Below are positions 18,372 through 28,280 of a stretch of DNA of 64,000 bases, piece by piece. Every line of letters starts with the position of its first letter. The first letter of the stretch is position 1. The position numbers and the translations under genes are program-made. Source of the stretch: Gammaproteobacteria bacterium (lineage in GTDB: Bacteria; Pseudomonadota; Gammaproteobacteria; S012-40); the NCBI GenBank assembly GCA_027021445.1, contig JALUUH010000138.1, positions 8,275-72,274 on the forward strand. Reading direction: 5' to 3'. Under the pieces are notes generated by a model. That model had not been told where the DNA came from. It ran no database searches and saw nothing but the letters and a program-made list of their open reading frames with translations.

Positions 18372-20143
18372 ATAACCTCTGGAGCTGAAACGCCTATTAA
18401 ACTCATGCCATTACTCAATACCTGACGAGTCGCACTAATCAATAACAAACGCGCATTTCTCAATGCAAGATCATCAACAATAAATTTATGTGCATTGTAG
18501 TACGAATGAAAGTGATTCGCTAAATCTCGAAGATAGTGCGGAATCTGGTGCGGTTCTAGATTCACTGCCGCAGACTCAACAATTTCCGGATAGCGAGCAA
18601 GGCAAGTAAGCAAGGAAAGCTCGTGCGAGTTATCAAGTAAAGCAATCGATTCCAAGGCCGTACTTGAATCAAATATGTAATTTTTTTCATTATCTGCTAT
18701 TTCTCTGAAGACAGAACAGATTCTCGCATGAGCATACTGTACATAAAAAACAGGATTTTCATTCGATTGAGATTTTGCTAAATCCAAATCAAAATCGAGA
18801 TGTTGCTCACATTTACGCATAACATAGAAAAAACGCGCGGCATCATTTCCAACTTCTGATCTTAACTCACGTAGGGTAACAAACTCCCCGCTGCGCGTAG
18901 ACATTTGAGCCTTTTTGCCCTTTCGATATAAAATGGCAAACTGCACCAGCAATACCTCGAGCGCATTAGAATCTAAACCCATTGCATCCAATGAGGCTCT
19001 AACACGTGGCACATAACCATGGTGATCCGCGCCCCAAACATCGATAATTCGAGTAAATCCTCGATCTAACTTATTCATGTGGTATGCAATATCAGATGCA
19101 AAATAGGTTGTTTGACCGTTATCACGCTTAACGACCCTATCCTTTTCATCACCAAATTTGCTAGAACGGAACCATAGAGCGCCATCCTTTTCATAGACGC
19201 AGTCGTGATCCAACAAACGCTGCAACGCCTTATCTACCACCTTCGAATCGACTAAAGAGCGTTCGGAAAACCATTCATCATAAACAACGCCAAATTCTCC
19301 CAAGTCCTGCTTTATATCTTCAATGATTTTGTTAAGGCCAAAGTCAAAAATAACCCGGTAATCCTTCTCCCCCAACAAAGCTTTCGCTTTATTGATCAAA
19401 TCATCTATATGCGCTTCTTTATCACCCTCTGGATTTTCAGAGACCTCATCAGCACATACACCTTTTATGATTTCAACAAATAACCGACTAAAATCAGCGC
19501 CATAAATCGCAAAAAGATCAGCCGCAATATCAACGACATATTGACCCTTGTAGCCATTCGATGGAAAAACGATAGAATCACCGCAGTGCTCGAGATAACG
19601 CAGCCAAACACTAGTAGCAAGAATATCCATTTGCCGACCAGCATCGTTAACGTAATACTCTTTGGAAACATCATAGCCAACTTCTGCAAGCAAATTCGCG
19701 ACAACGGCACCATGCGCTGCACCTCGCCCATGTCCTACATGCAGTGGGCCTGTAGGATTTGCAGAAACAAATTCAACTTGCACTTTCTCCTTATTACCCA
19801 GCAGACTACTGCCAAACCTGGACTTCTGCTCAACAACCTCATGAACAACATTGAGCAATGCCTGCGTGGTCAGATAAAAATTTATAAACCCTGGTCCCGC
19901 TAATTCTGTTTTTTCGATATATTTTGAGCTTGGTAACATGCGCACAAAGTCTTGCGCAAGCTTGCGCGGGTTTTGCTTTACCGTCTTCGCTAAACGCATC
20001 GCGATATTACATGAGAAATCACCATGCCTTGCATCCTTGGTACGATCGACAACAATATCCAAGACCAAATTATCAGGAAGATCCCCAGACTTTTGCAATT
20101 GCTGAATAGACAGTTTTATTAAATCAGATATATGCGACTTCAA
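18368..20143 (-). CDS. argS: Arginine--tRNA ligase
   Basis: The class-I signature 'SANPTGPLHVGHGR' is present. The KMSK-like motif 'QMSTRSG' and the C-terminal DALR anticodon-binding region are present. Length is 591 aa. Confidence 0.95.
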   Translation of the reverse strand: MKSHISDLIKLSIQQLQKSGDLPDNLVLDIVVDRTKDARHGDFSCNIAMRLAKTVKQNPRKLAQDFVRMLPSSKYIEKTELAGPGFINFYLTTQALLNVVHEVVEQKSRFGSSLLGNKEKVQVEFVSANPTGPLHVGHGRGAAHGAVVANLLAEVGYDVSKEYYVNDAGRQMDILATSVWLRYLEHCGDSIVFPSNGYKGQYVVDIAADLFAIYGADFSRLFVEIIKGVCADEVSENPEGDKEAHIDDLINKAKALLGEKDYRVIFDFGLNKIIEDIKQDLGEFGVVYDEWFSERSLVDSKVVDKALQRLLDHDCVYEKDGALWFRSSKFGDEKDRVVKRDNGQTTYFASDIAYHMNKLDRGFTRIIDVWGADHHGYVPRVRASLDAMGLDSNALEVLLVQFAILYRKGKKAQMSTRSGEFVTLRELRSEVGNDAARFFYVMRKCEQHLDFDLDLAKSQSNENPVFYVQYAHARICSVFREIADNEKNYIFDSSTALESIALLDNSHELSLLTCLARYPEIVESAAVNLEPHQIPHYLRDLANHFHSYYNAHKFIVDDLALRNARLLLISATRQVLSNGMSLIGVSAPEVM

Positions 20144-20241
20144 ACGATAATGTCCTAGATGTGTAATAAATAAGGGGCCTGGATTTTACCGTGCCCAGGG
20201 TGAAAAAACGAGCGCCAGACGGTGCCCACAACAAAGAAAAT

Positions 20242-20838
20242 CTAACCAGAATTATTTGGTCTTTTTTCCCCCTTGCTCCTTTCCACAAGGTTTTTGATAT
20301 TATTTCGATGCCGCCAAACCAATAACACTGCAATCACTATATTCATAGTTATTAGTGCATTAGAGCCTGTTATGTACCACATCAGCATAGGTGAGAATAG
20401 CGCTGCAATTAATGCAGAGACTGCCGAGATCTTGGTAAGAGCCACCACCAGCAACCAAACCAAGAATACCGATAAACCTACTGGCCATGAAATAGCGAGC
20501 AAAACCCCAGCGGCCGTCGCCACACCCTTACCCCCTTTAAACCCAAAAAAGACAGGATAAAGATGCCCGAGAAAAGCAGCCAAGCCAATGGCGGCTAATA
20601 TTTCTTCAGAAACCCCTAAAGCTAGGCCGATAAGCACGGGAATAAGCCCTTTCACGCAATCACCTGCTAAGGTAAATGCCGCTGCTTTTTTCCCCCCTAC
20701 GCGCAACACGTTAGTAGCCCCAGGATTTTTTGAACCTACGGTTCTTGGATCCTCTAAATGCATGAGCTTAGCGACAATAACCGCTGTCGATACAGAGCCA
20801 AACAAATATGCAATAATAATTAAACCAAAATCCATCAA
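20242..20838 (-). CDS. plsY: Glycerol-3-phosphate acyltransferase PlsY
   Basis: Supporting motifs are 'GSKNPGATNVLR', 'DCVKG' and 'GHLYPVFFGFKGGKGVAT'. It has 5 TM segments. Confidence 0.9.
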   Translation of the reverse strand: MMDFGLIIIAYLFGSVSTAVIVAKLMHLEDPRTVGSKNPGATNVLRVGGKKAAAFTLAGDCVKGLIPVLIGLALGVSEEILAAIGLAAFLGHLYPVFFGFKGGKGVATAAGVLLAISWPVGLSVFLVWLLVVALTKISAVSALIAALFSPMLMWYITGSNALITMNIVIAVLLVWRHRNNIKNLVERSKGEKRPNNSG

Positions 20839-20962
20839 TACCTACCGCCTTTTGCAAACACCAGAGGCATTCAAAATACCCCTTCCGACTAAGCAAATCA
20901 CTTGAAAATTATCCTAAATTCTGCAGTTAACCGCCATGCAGTATCTTTATATTGTTGATTAT

Positions 20963-21088
20963 CCTAGAATCCACAGCTGGACGAGTTGTAGCGAGGTTCA
21001 CCCTACGAATGAACTGCACAGCAGTTAGAAAAGTCAAAGATTTCAAAATGTTACCTTTATCGCTAAGCAATCAACTGCGGAACCTAGG
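20963..21088. repeat. Diverged copy (~126 bp) of the palindromic MITE-like repeat family
   Basis: The ends 'cctagaatccacagctgg' and 'caactgcggaacctagg' are imperfect inverted repeats. The internal 'gtagcgagg' is shared with the copies at 24538 and 25635. Confidence 0.45.
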
Positions 21089-21132
21089 ATTATAGTGATA
21101 GTTTTCTTCGAAGTCGCGTTAATCCTCGTTAA

Positions 21133-21170
21133 ATCAACTGCTGAACCTGGGAGGCTGTCTGGGAACAGAC
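21133..21170. repeat. Partial repeat-family end
   Basis: 'caactgctgaacctggg' duplicates the right end of the 20963-21088 copy. 'aggctgtctgggaacag' matches the arm at 5917-5933. Confidence 0.4.
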
Positions 21171-21351
21171 TAACCTACTGCGGACAAGACTATCTGAGAT
21201 AAACTACGATTTTTTAAGATGCTGCTTTACCAGACGTATGTGATAGAATTCATCCTACTTTTTATCATTGTTAAGAGTTTGAATCTATTTAATATTTTTA
21301 CAATCAGCACTTTGCTAGCAGCTTTTCTCACCGATCAATCAAGGCATAAAA

Positions 21352-21708
21352 ATGGATATAATTTACCTTTCCCAATTAAAGATAGAAACTATTATTGGAA
21401 TTTACGACTGGGAACGCAAAATCAAACAACTGGTGTGCATTGACCTAGAAATGGGCACAAACATTCAAAAAGCAGCGACCACTGACAGCATCCAAGACAC
21501 ATTAGACTATAAAGCGGTCGCCAAAAGAATCATCAGCTTTGTTGAAGCGAGTGAGTTTCAACTGGTAGAAAGCATGGCAGAAAAAATCACACAAATAGTG
21601 ATGCAAGAATTCCAGGTCCCCTGGGTCAAACTAAGACTCGCAAAACCTGGCGCAATAACCGGCTCACAAGATGTCGGAATATTAATAGAGAGAGGCAACA
21701 AAACCTAG
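21352..21708 (+). CDS. folB: Dihydroneopterin aldolase
   Basis: The sequence 'IETIIGIYDWERKIKQLVCIDLEM' through 'DTLDYKAVAKRI' matches the FolB pattern. Length is 118 aa and folK is adjacent. Confidence 0.85.
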   Translation: MDIIYLSQLKIETIIGIYDWERKIKQLVCIDLEMGTNIQKAATTDSIQDTLDYKAVAKRIISFVEASEFQLVESMAEKITQIVMQEFQVPWVKLRLAKPGAITGSQDVGILIERGNKT

Positions 21709-22190
21709 TGACCAAAGTATTTGTAAGCCTAGGCAGCAATATTAATCCCCAAAAACACGTTCGCAATGGCTTAAATGAATTAGAGAAACACTTTGCATCT
21801 CTCATTATTTCACCGGTGTATGAGAGTATTGCCATAGGTTTTGAAGGTGATAATTTTATAAACCTGGTCGCTAAATTTGATACTGTTCTCGACATTCATC
21901 AAGTATCAAACATTCTCACAGATATTGAAGATCAAAATGGGAGAACACGAGATAATATTAAATTTAGCGCGAGAACCTTAGATATTGACTTACTGCTTTA
22001 TGGTCAGCTATCGCTGAAAGAAAAGAAAATCAACCTACCCAGGCCTGAGATTTACCACAATGCCTTTGTACTAAAGCCTCTTGCGGATATTGCGGAAAAC
22101 CTCATTGATATTCATACGGGCAAAACCTATGGCCAGCTATGGAATGAATTCAATCAATCCTCACAACAACTTTGGCAAATAAATTTATAG
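21708..22190 (+). CDS. folK: 2-amino-4-hydroxy-6-hydroxymethyldihydropteridine pyrophosphokinase
   Basis: The GTG start overlaps the folB stop (TAGTG). Supporting motifs are 'VFVSLGSNI', 'SPVYES...FINLV', 'RTLDIDLLLYG' and 'LPRPEI..NAFVLKPL'. Confidence 0.85.
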   Translation: MTKVFVSLGSNINPQKHVRNGLNELEKHFASLIISPVYESIAIGFEGDNFINLVAKFDTVLDIHQVSNILTDIEDQNGRTRDNIKFSARTLDIDLLLYGQLSLKEKKINLPRPEIYHNAFVLKPLADIAENLIDIHTGKTYGQLWNEFNQSSQQLWQINL

Positions 22191-22196
22191 AACACC

Positions 22197-22853
22197 CTAT
22201 TGAACTTTCTTAACACCATTCGGTGTTCCCAGAATAAGCACATCGGCAGGGCGACTTGCAAATAAACCTACGGTAACAACTCCCGTTATTTGATTCAATG
22301 TCGACTCCATTGCTGGCGGATCAAGAATCTCAAGATTACGGATATCCAAAATTTGATTCCCATTATCGGTAACAAACCCTTCACGATAAACAGGCTGTCC
22401 ACCTAGCTTCACTATTTCTCGTGCCACATAACTTCTCGCCATAGGTATAACTTCAATCGGTAATGGAAATTGACCTAACAGATCCACAACCTTAGATTCA
22501 TCAGCAATGCATACAAATTTTCGCGCAACAGCCGCAATTATTTTCTCTCTTGTGAGTGCTCCACCCCCACCTTTGATTAAATGTAAATGCTTGGTAGATT
22601 CATCAGCACCATCCACATATACTTCAAGATCAATCACATTATTCAGATCAAATACTTCAATCCCATGAGATTTCAATAGATGAGTAGATGCCTCAGAGCT
22701 AGATACCACACCATCGATCTTATGCTTTACCGTGGCCAAGGCATCAATAAAAAAATTAACCGTTGACCCTGTGCCCACGCCAATAATGCCTCCCGTTGGC
22801 ACATACTCTAGCGCTGCTTCGGCGGCTTGGCGCTTTAATTCGTTTTGTAACAT
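22197..22853 (-). CDS. rpiA: Ribose-5-phosphate isomerase A
   Basis: Supporting motifs are 'GVGTGSTV', 'YVDGADE' and '[14 protein letters not shown]'. Confidence 0.9.
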   Translation of the reverse strand: MLQNELKRQAAEAALEYVPTGGIIGVGTGSTVNFFIDALATVKHKIDGVVSSSEASTHLLKSHGIEVFDLNNVIDLEVYVDGADESTKHLHLIKGGGGALTREKIIAAVARKFVCIADESKVVDLLGQFPLPIEVIPMARSYVAREIVKLGGQPVYREGFVTDNGNQILDIRNLEILDPPAMESTLNQITGVVTVGLFASRPADVLILGTPNGVKKVQ

Positions 22854-23020
22854 ATGTTCTCCTTACTTAGAACTTAGATCAAGCAATACTCATATAGATT
22901 TTATCCGCAACAGAATACATTGGTATTTCCTGAGATTAAAGCTCTTATTAAAAAACAAAAAACTTCTTAAAGCCCAATCAATTAGTTACCAAGGCTCCGA
23001 TATTTGATAACTTACGCCTT

Positions 23021-24535
23021 ATGAGCATTAACTACTTAGATAAAATATTACAAGCCAAGGTTTACGATGTTGCTAACAAAACTCCCTTGGAATTGGCAAC
23101 CAAGCTATCCCAACGGCTAAACAATCAGATTTGGTTGAAACGCGAGGATCTACAGCCTGTTTTTTCATTCAAACTCAGAGGTGCTTACAATAAGATCATT
23201 CAGCTTTCAAAAAAAGACCGACAAAAAGGCATTATAGCCGCATCGGCAGGCAATCATGCGCAAGGCGTTGCATTAGCGGCGCAAAAAATAGGAATCCCCG
23301 CATTGATCGTCATGCCCAAAACCACCCCTGGCATTAAAGTGGAAGCAGTAAAGTATCTTGGTGCCAAAATCATATTGCACGGTAATTCATACGACGATGC
23401 ATTCGACCACGCAAAAAATATTGAACGATCTGATGGATTAACTTTTATACATCCCTATGATGATCTTGATGTCATTGCTGGACAAGGCACTGTAGCAATG
23501 GAAATGATGCAACAACGAGCACAGGGCTTTGACGCGATTTTTGTTCCGGTCGGAGGCGGAGGACTCATTGCTGGAATCGCAGCTTATATTAAAGCACTTG
23601 CTCCACAGATAAAAATTATTGGGGTAGAAGCGGATGATTCTGCTTGCCTGAAAGTCGCTCTTGACCACCAAGAGCGAGTCGTACTTGAACAAGTCGGCAT
23701 ATTTGCAGACGGGGTTGCTGTCAAACAAATTGGCAAAGAACCTTTTAACATTGTGCGCGACAAGATTGATGACATGGTACTTGTCACATCTGACGAAATA
23801 TGCGCATCTATTAAAGATATATTCGATGAAACACGGTCAATCACTGAGCCTGCTGGCGCACTTGCTGTGGCAGGTATTAAAAAGTATGTCGAGCAAAATC
23901 AGATAAACAAGCAAACGTTTGCCGCAATAGTAAGCGGCGCAAACATGAATTTTGATCGACTGCGACATGTCGCGGAACGCGCCGAATTAGGCAAACAAAG
24001 AGAAGCCTTGCTTGCCGTATCAGTGGATGAAAAACCTGGGAGCTTTCATCGCTTCTGCCATGTCATCGGTCAACGCGGAATCACGGAGTTCAATTATCGT
24101 TATGCCGATCCTAAGGTCGCTCACGTTTTTGCAGGAATCCAATTAAGAGAAGGCAATAAAGAAAAAGAAACGCTTATCGCCAAACTAGAAGATCACAACT
24201 ATCAGGTTCTTGATATATCGGATGATGACGTTGCTAAGTTACACATTCGTTATATGGTGGGCGGACATGCGCCTGGCCTAACCGACGAAATTATTTATCG
24301 GTTTGAGTTTCCAGAACGCCCAGGAGCATTATTGCTATTTCTCACTAAAATAGGACAACGTTGGAATATCAGCATGTTTCATTATCGAAATCATGGCGCT
24401 GATTTTGGTAGGATTCTGGTTGGCATACAAGTACCATCAAACGAAAAAACAGAATTTGATCGTTTTTTAGAAGAATTAGCTTATCAATATTGGGATGAAA
24501 CCGAGAATCCTGTTTACAAACTATTTTTAGGGTAA
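23021..24535 (+). CDS. ilvA: Biosynthetic threonine ammonia-lyase (two C-terminal ACT-like regulatory domains)
   Basis: The PLP lysine motif 'QPVFSFKLRGAYN' is present, along with 'ASAGNHAQGVA' and 'GGGGLIAG'. The 504 aa length implies tandem regulatory domains. Confidence 0.9.
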   Translation: MSINYLDKILQAKVYDVANKTPLELATKLSQRLNNQIWLKREDLQPVFSFKLRGAYNKIIQLSKKDRQKGIIAASAGNHAQGVALAAQKIGIPALIVMPKTTPGIKVEAVKYLGAKIILHGNSYDDAFDHAKNIERSDGLTFIHPYDDLDVIAGQGTVAMEMMQQRAQGFDAIFVPVGGGGLIAGIAAYIKALAPQIKIIGVEADDSACLKVALDHQERVVLEQVGIFADGVAVKQIGKEPFNIVRDKIDDMVLVTSDEICASIKDIFDETRSITEPAGALAVAGIKKYVEQNQINKQTFAAIVSGANMNFDRLRHVAERAELGKQREALLAVSVDEKPGSFHRFCHVIGQRGITEFNYRYADPKVAHVFAGIQLREGNKEKETLIAKLEDHNYQVLDISDDDVAKLHIRYMVGGHAPGLTDEIIYRFEFPERPGALLLFLTKIGQRWNISMFHYRNHGADFGRILVGIQVPSNEKTEFDRFLEELAYQYWDETENPVYKLFLG

Positions 24536-24537
24536 AT

Positions 24538-24705
24538 CTAGGAGCCTGTCCGAGTAGAAATCGTAGCGAGGGAAAACCATTTTGAGTCAGATTTTTCGAC
24601 TCAATAAGGTGAATATTGAGCATATTTAACGAATTTAATCGGAAAATCTGGCCAAAATAGATTGGCCGCAGTATAGGTCAGTCTGTTCTCGAACAGCCTC
24701 CTAGG
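24538..24705. repeat. ~168-bp palindromic MITE-like repeat, copy A (downstream of parA-like gene)
   Basis: The terminal inverted repeats are 'ctaggagcctgtccgag' and 'ctcgaacagcctcctagg'. It aligns over its full length (roughly three quarters identical by eye) with 25635-25806 in the same orientation. The parA-like stop codon (24701-24703) lies inside its right end. Confidence 0.65.
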
Positions 24706-25438
24706 CAAAAGTAGATGCTCGGCTAAAGGGGTTTGAATATCCTGCAGCCGATACCGTTGCACGCAATACCTGCTGCTTTTCTTTTTTGTCCTCACCTTCT
24801 TCTAGCCAGTTTATTAACGGCTGCCAGTCTTGTTTAGACTGCGCAACAAATGGCGAATCATGCTCTAGTATGCTGATTCCACTTTCTGCAGCATGTGCAT
24901 AATTTTCGTTTTGATTAAGGACCGCTATAAACTCAAAATCTAAATTATTAAAAATTCTTTGCAGTGCAAAAAACGACGGGCTGTTCTGATTGGCCCTATT
25001 CGCAACAAGACCAATGACCGCTTCAGTGGGTGAAATCCTAAATAATTTTTCTAGCTCCTGAATAAACATAGCAGTTGCTCTTATATCTATCGCAGACTGT
25101 TGAACAGGAATTAAAATCTTATCAACATTTTTCATAATCGCTGAATGACGCTGCAAATCAATGCCAGCGGGCGTATCAATGATTATTCGCTTTGTTTCCG
25201 GTGGGATACGCATTTGCCATGACCGAGTACTACCAGACTGGCTGCGAAAGGGGGAAATCCCATGAATGGCAGGTTTTGAATAAGGTCTCTGCTTTAACCA
25301 CTCAATGCTTGAAGCTTGCGGATCAAAATCCTTAAGAACTACTGGCAAGCCGATTGATGCATAATACCCTGCCAAATTCGTAACAATCGTTGTCTTGCCA
25401 CAACCACCTTTAGAATTAAGAACCATTATTGTTCGCAT
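24701..25438 (-). CDS. Orphan ParA/MinD-family P-loop ATPase, 245 aa
   Basis: The deviant Walker A 'LNSKGGCGKTT' is present, with 'DFDPQASS' and 'IIDTPAG'. An SD (GGGAG) precedes ATG 25438. No parB-like gene is adjacent. Confidence 0.8.
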   Translation of the reverse strand: MRTIMVLNSKGGCGKTTIVTNLAGYYASIGLPVVLKDFDPQASSIEWLKQRPYSKPAIHGISPFRSQSGSTRSWQMRIPPETKRIIIDTPAGIDLQRHSAIMKNVDKILIPVQQSAIDIRATAMFIQELEKLFRISPTEAVIGLVANRANQNSPSFFALQRIFNNLDFEFIAVLNQNENYAHAAESGISILEHDSPFVAQSKQDWQPLINWLEEGEDKKEKQQVLRATVSAAGYSNPFSRASTFA

Positions 25439-25634
25439 GATAACTCCCTTTATCTAAATTCCGTCCAATAATGCAGCGCACATGTAGATTTCCATAAATT
25501 GCACCGCTAATACAGGTACGCTGCCCTGTTATAACGACACAATAAAGCCGAGACTTTAATGAAAATCATAACCACTTCTTAGGGGGATCCATCCACTCAG
25601 TATTCATAGAATAGCAAATACATTTACATGTGTT

Positions 25635-25806
25635 GAGCCTCGGAGCTTGTCCGAGAATAGAAATCGTAGCGAGGGAAAGTTATTTAGAACCCGTTTTTTC
25701 GAATAAATGCAGCGAACAGTGGGATTTATTTAACGAATTTATTCGGAAAAAGGGGCCGAAATAGATTTTCCGCAGTAGGCCATTCTGTTCTAGGACAGGC
25801 TCCTAG
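25635..25806. repeat. ~172-bp palindromic MITE-like repeat, copy B (upstream of parA-like gene)
   Basis: The ends are 'ggagcttgtccgagaa' and 'ttctaggacaggctcctag'. An internal inverted repeat 'ttttcgaataaat ... atttattcggaaaa' is present. It is homologous to 24538-24705. Confidence 0.65.
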
Positions 25807-25807
25807 A

Positions 25808-26197
25808 TTATTCTTCAAGAACCGATTGAGCATAATTTAGCGGGATCTTTAGTACTGTTTCTTGCTGCTTACTATTTCGGATATAAAGATTTAATATATC
25901 TTTTTGAGGGTCACGCACTGGCAATGCCGTTCGATACACACCCATATTGCCATCTTCAATGGCTTGCTTCCACTGACCGGTTTCACCTAAACGTAATTTC
26001 ACCAGTAAATCCCAGGCCGGTTTGCGCCCTTCTCTGTTAGCCACCACAAGAAATTCAACCATCCCAATTCGCGGAACTGGCGGTCTCGTTTCCACTCTAA
26101 AAGAGAGCCCTTCCCATTCCTGCGTAGGTGATGTTGGCACGTTTCCTGTGCACGATGAAATCATTAACACTAGCACAGCAATACAAATTTTATACAT
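25808..26197 (-). CDS. Lipoprotein of unknown function, 129 aa
   Basis: A lipobox is present ('LMISSC'). Its start overlaps the upstream stop (TAATG). Confidence 0.5.
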   Translation of the reverse strand: MYKICIAVLVLMISSCTGNVPTSPTQEWEGLSFRVETRPPVPRIGMVEFLVVANREGRKPAWDLLVKLRLGETGQWKQAIEDGNMGVYRTALPVRDPQKDILNLYIRNSKQQETVLKIPLNYAQSVLEE

Positions 26198-26505
26198 TAG
26201 GAGTCACTCGCATTTGAAATTAGGTAAGCTAACAATTCCTTTTTGTCATTCTCAGGAATCGCGTCAAGTGAATTCATAATTCGATGATTATTCATTCGAT
26301 AGATAACATTTGTCCATTCCGATGACTTGTGCTCCACAGGCTTAGGTGGCGCATGACAATCATTGCAATATTTCATCAACATTGGATGATTATTCGCCTT
26401 CAATATGGATAACTCTTCTTCCGCTGGCTTCCCCATATCTGAGCACGCTGAAATTAAACCTGTCAATGCAACGAATAACAACAGAAAAATGCTATTTCTT
26501 TGCAC
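26197..26505 (-). CDS. Small monohaem c-type cytochrome lipoprotein, 102 aa
   Basis: A lipobox is present ('GLISAC'). It has a single CxxCH (CNDCH). It is translationally coupled to its neighbours. Confidence 0.6.
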   Translation of the reverse strand: MQRNSIFLLLFVALTGLISACSDMGKPAEEELSILKANNHPMLMKYCNDCHAPPKPVEHKSSEWTNVIYRMNNHRIMNSLDAIPENDKKELLAYLISNASDS

Positions 26506-26908
26506 TATTTTCTGCTTCTTTCTTTTGCTTCAGTTTTTTTTCTTTTTTTTCTGCTAACTGATGACGCAGATCAACAAAGTAATAAATGATAAAACTCATA
26601 AAAACAACCCAAGCTACGCCTGCCGGAATACCCCAATCAAACCAGGGCCGCTCATAGCCCGGTCTATTTCCCCAGAAAGGAAACGTAAGACCCACCGCGA
26701 CAAGTAATAACACCACAAATATCGCAATAAACCAGTACGGGATAATGACGTTATTTTCCGCCATGTCTTCGACCATTTCCCAGTCTTCAAGGCCTCTTCT
26801 ATCTTTGCGCTCTGCATCGGATTTATATCCAAAATTATCGTCTCTAGACTCGCCCCATTTGGCCTCCTCGGTTGAGTCTGGATTTACGGTATCTCTTTTA
26901 GCGGGCAT
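26492..26908 (-). CDS. Membrane protein with CcoP-N-terminal (FixP_N)-like segment, no haem motif, 138 aa
   Basis: 'EDMAENNVIIPYWFIAIFVV' resembles the CcoP N-terminal 'DNPLPxWW' TM entry. It shares 'P(F/I)WG(N/Q)RP' with ORF 34939-35619. The C-terminal tail is lysine-rich. Confidence 0.5.
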   Translation of the reverse strand: MPAKRDTVNPDSTEEAKWGESRDDNFGYKSDAERKDRRGLEDWEMVEDMAENNVIIPYWFIAIFVVLLLVAVGLTFPFWGNRPGYERPWFDWGIPAGVAWVVFMSFIIYYFVDLRHQLAEKKEKKLKQKKEAENSAKK

Positions 26909-26912
26909 ATAC

Positions 26913-28241
26913 TTAACCTCGTGTCACTACGTGATTTAAACGTACAAAATTTTTCCAACCATCGTCGGATTCCGCCCTTACGATGAAACTATATACACCG
27001 GGTGCCAATCCCGCACTTAAGTGTAAAAACAAATCTTTGCGGCCAACGGTATCAAAGTTCATACTTTGCTCACTCAAGGTGTAATCACCTTCCCGCAGAC
27101 CTTCGATAGTAAGCGTCACTGTGCTTGGCTCAAAAAGCTTATTGGCAATATTAATACGATATTCCGTAATTTGCTTCCCTTGATGAACTTCAGATTGATA
27201 AACCGCCAAGTTATGCGCATCGTAGGTAAACAAACCATAAACAAAAATACCCATTCCAATAAACCACACGGGTAAAACCCACATAAGTCTTTGTTTTGCA
27301 CTCGGTAAAGGTCTCATCTGTCGATGACTCTCTGATAAAGTCTCTCTATCGCCCATTTTGAAACTCAATAAACCCTTTTTATTTTCCTTGGTGTGCATGG
27401 TATCGCAAGCAGTAACACAAGCACCGCAGTTAGTACAACTATCAAAAGTGGTTGTATTTCTCGGGTCGATTTGAACCATACACTTACTGACGCAATAAGA
27501 GCATTTCTCACATTCCGACGAGCGAGCCGAATCATAATGAATATGTAAGGTATCTTTGGTTTTGAATAGAAACTGCCAAATTCGATAGATGCACATATAA
27601 CGACAGAGAAAATGCCTTACAACGGCTAAATTCACAAAAACAATAAAGGCAAATACCATGTAAATCCAACGTAGGGAGAACGCCGTTTCAGATTGATCCT
27701 GGAAGGAGATTAAACCCCATAGTTGCCCAGGTTCGATGAAATATAACAGGGGAACTAAAGCAGCTACAAACGATAAGCCAAGAAGTTTAGTTCCTAATAG
27801 GAACCAATTAATCGCTTTGTTTTTATGCCCCGCCACCTTAGTTTTAGTCTGACTTTCCCAGTCAATGACCGCGCGTTTACCCAATAATTTAAAGGTGAAC
27901 TTATCCGCTAACGACGAAAAAGTATTTTGCGGACATAGCCACCCACAAAATGCGGTGCCAACGGTAGAATACAGCATAATAAATGTACATGCTAAGGCTA
28001 ACCATAAACCAAATACTAATGAAAAATCGGCAAACCAGACTTGACGCCCAAGCACAACAAACCCAGATGAAACATCAATTCTAAATATCCCCGTAAGCGG
28101 AATTAACAATAACAGGACAATCATCCCAAATTGAGAGCCCTGACGCACCCAATCTAGAGAGCTTCTATTGAGCCCGGCATCGGTGACTACTGCTATCTTA
28201 CTGAGTGCTTCGTTTGCTTTCATAGTGACCGATTCTAACAC
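26913..28241 (-). CDS. CcoG/FixG/RdxA-family polyferredoxin membrane protein, 442 aa
   Basis: Supporting motifs are 'CGWLCPQNTF' and 'CRYMCIYRIWQ'. Two 4Fe-4S motifs are present ('CEKCSYCVSKC', 'CTNCGACVTAC'). There is a C-terminal Ig-like region. Confidence 0.8.
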   Translation of the reverse strand: MLESVTMKANEALSKIAVVTDAGLNRSSLDWVRQGSQFGMIVLLLLIPLTGIFRIDVSSGFVVLGRQVWFADFSLVFGLWLALACTFIMLYSTVGTAFCGWLCPQNTFSSLADKFTFKLLGKRAVIDWESQTKTKVAGHKNKAINWFLLGTKLLGLSFVAALVPLLYFIEPGQLWGLISFQDQSETAFSLRWIYMVFAFIVFVNLAVVRHFLCRYMCIYRIWQFLFKTKDTLHIHYDSARSSECEKCSYCVSKCMVQIDPRNTTTFDSCTNCGACVTACDTMHTKENKKGLLSFKMGDRETLSESHRQMRPLPSAKQRLMWVLPVWFIGMGIFVYGLFTYDAHNLAVYQSEVHQGKQITEYRINIANKLFEPSTVTLTIEGLREGDYTLSEQSMNFDTVGRKDLFLHLSAGLAPGVYSFIVRAESDDGWKNFVRLNHVVTRG

Positions 28242-28280
28242 GCCAATAGGCTGAATTCACTGAAAAACGTTTAATTCGAA

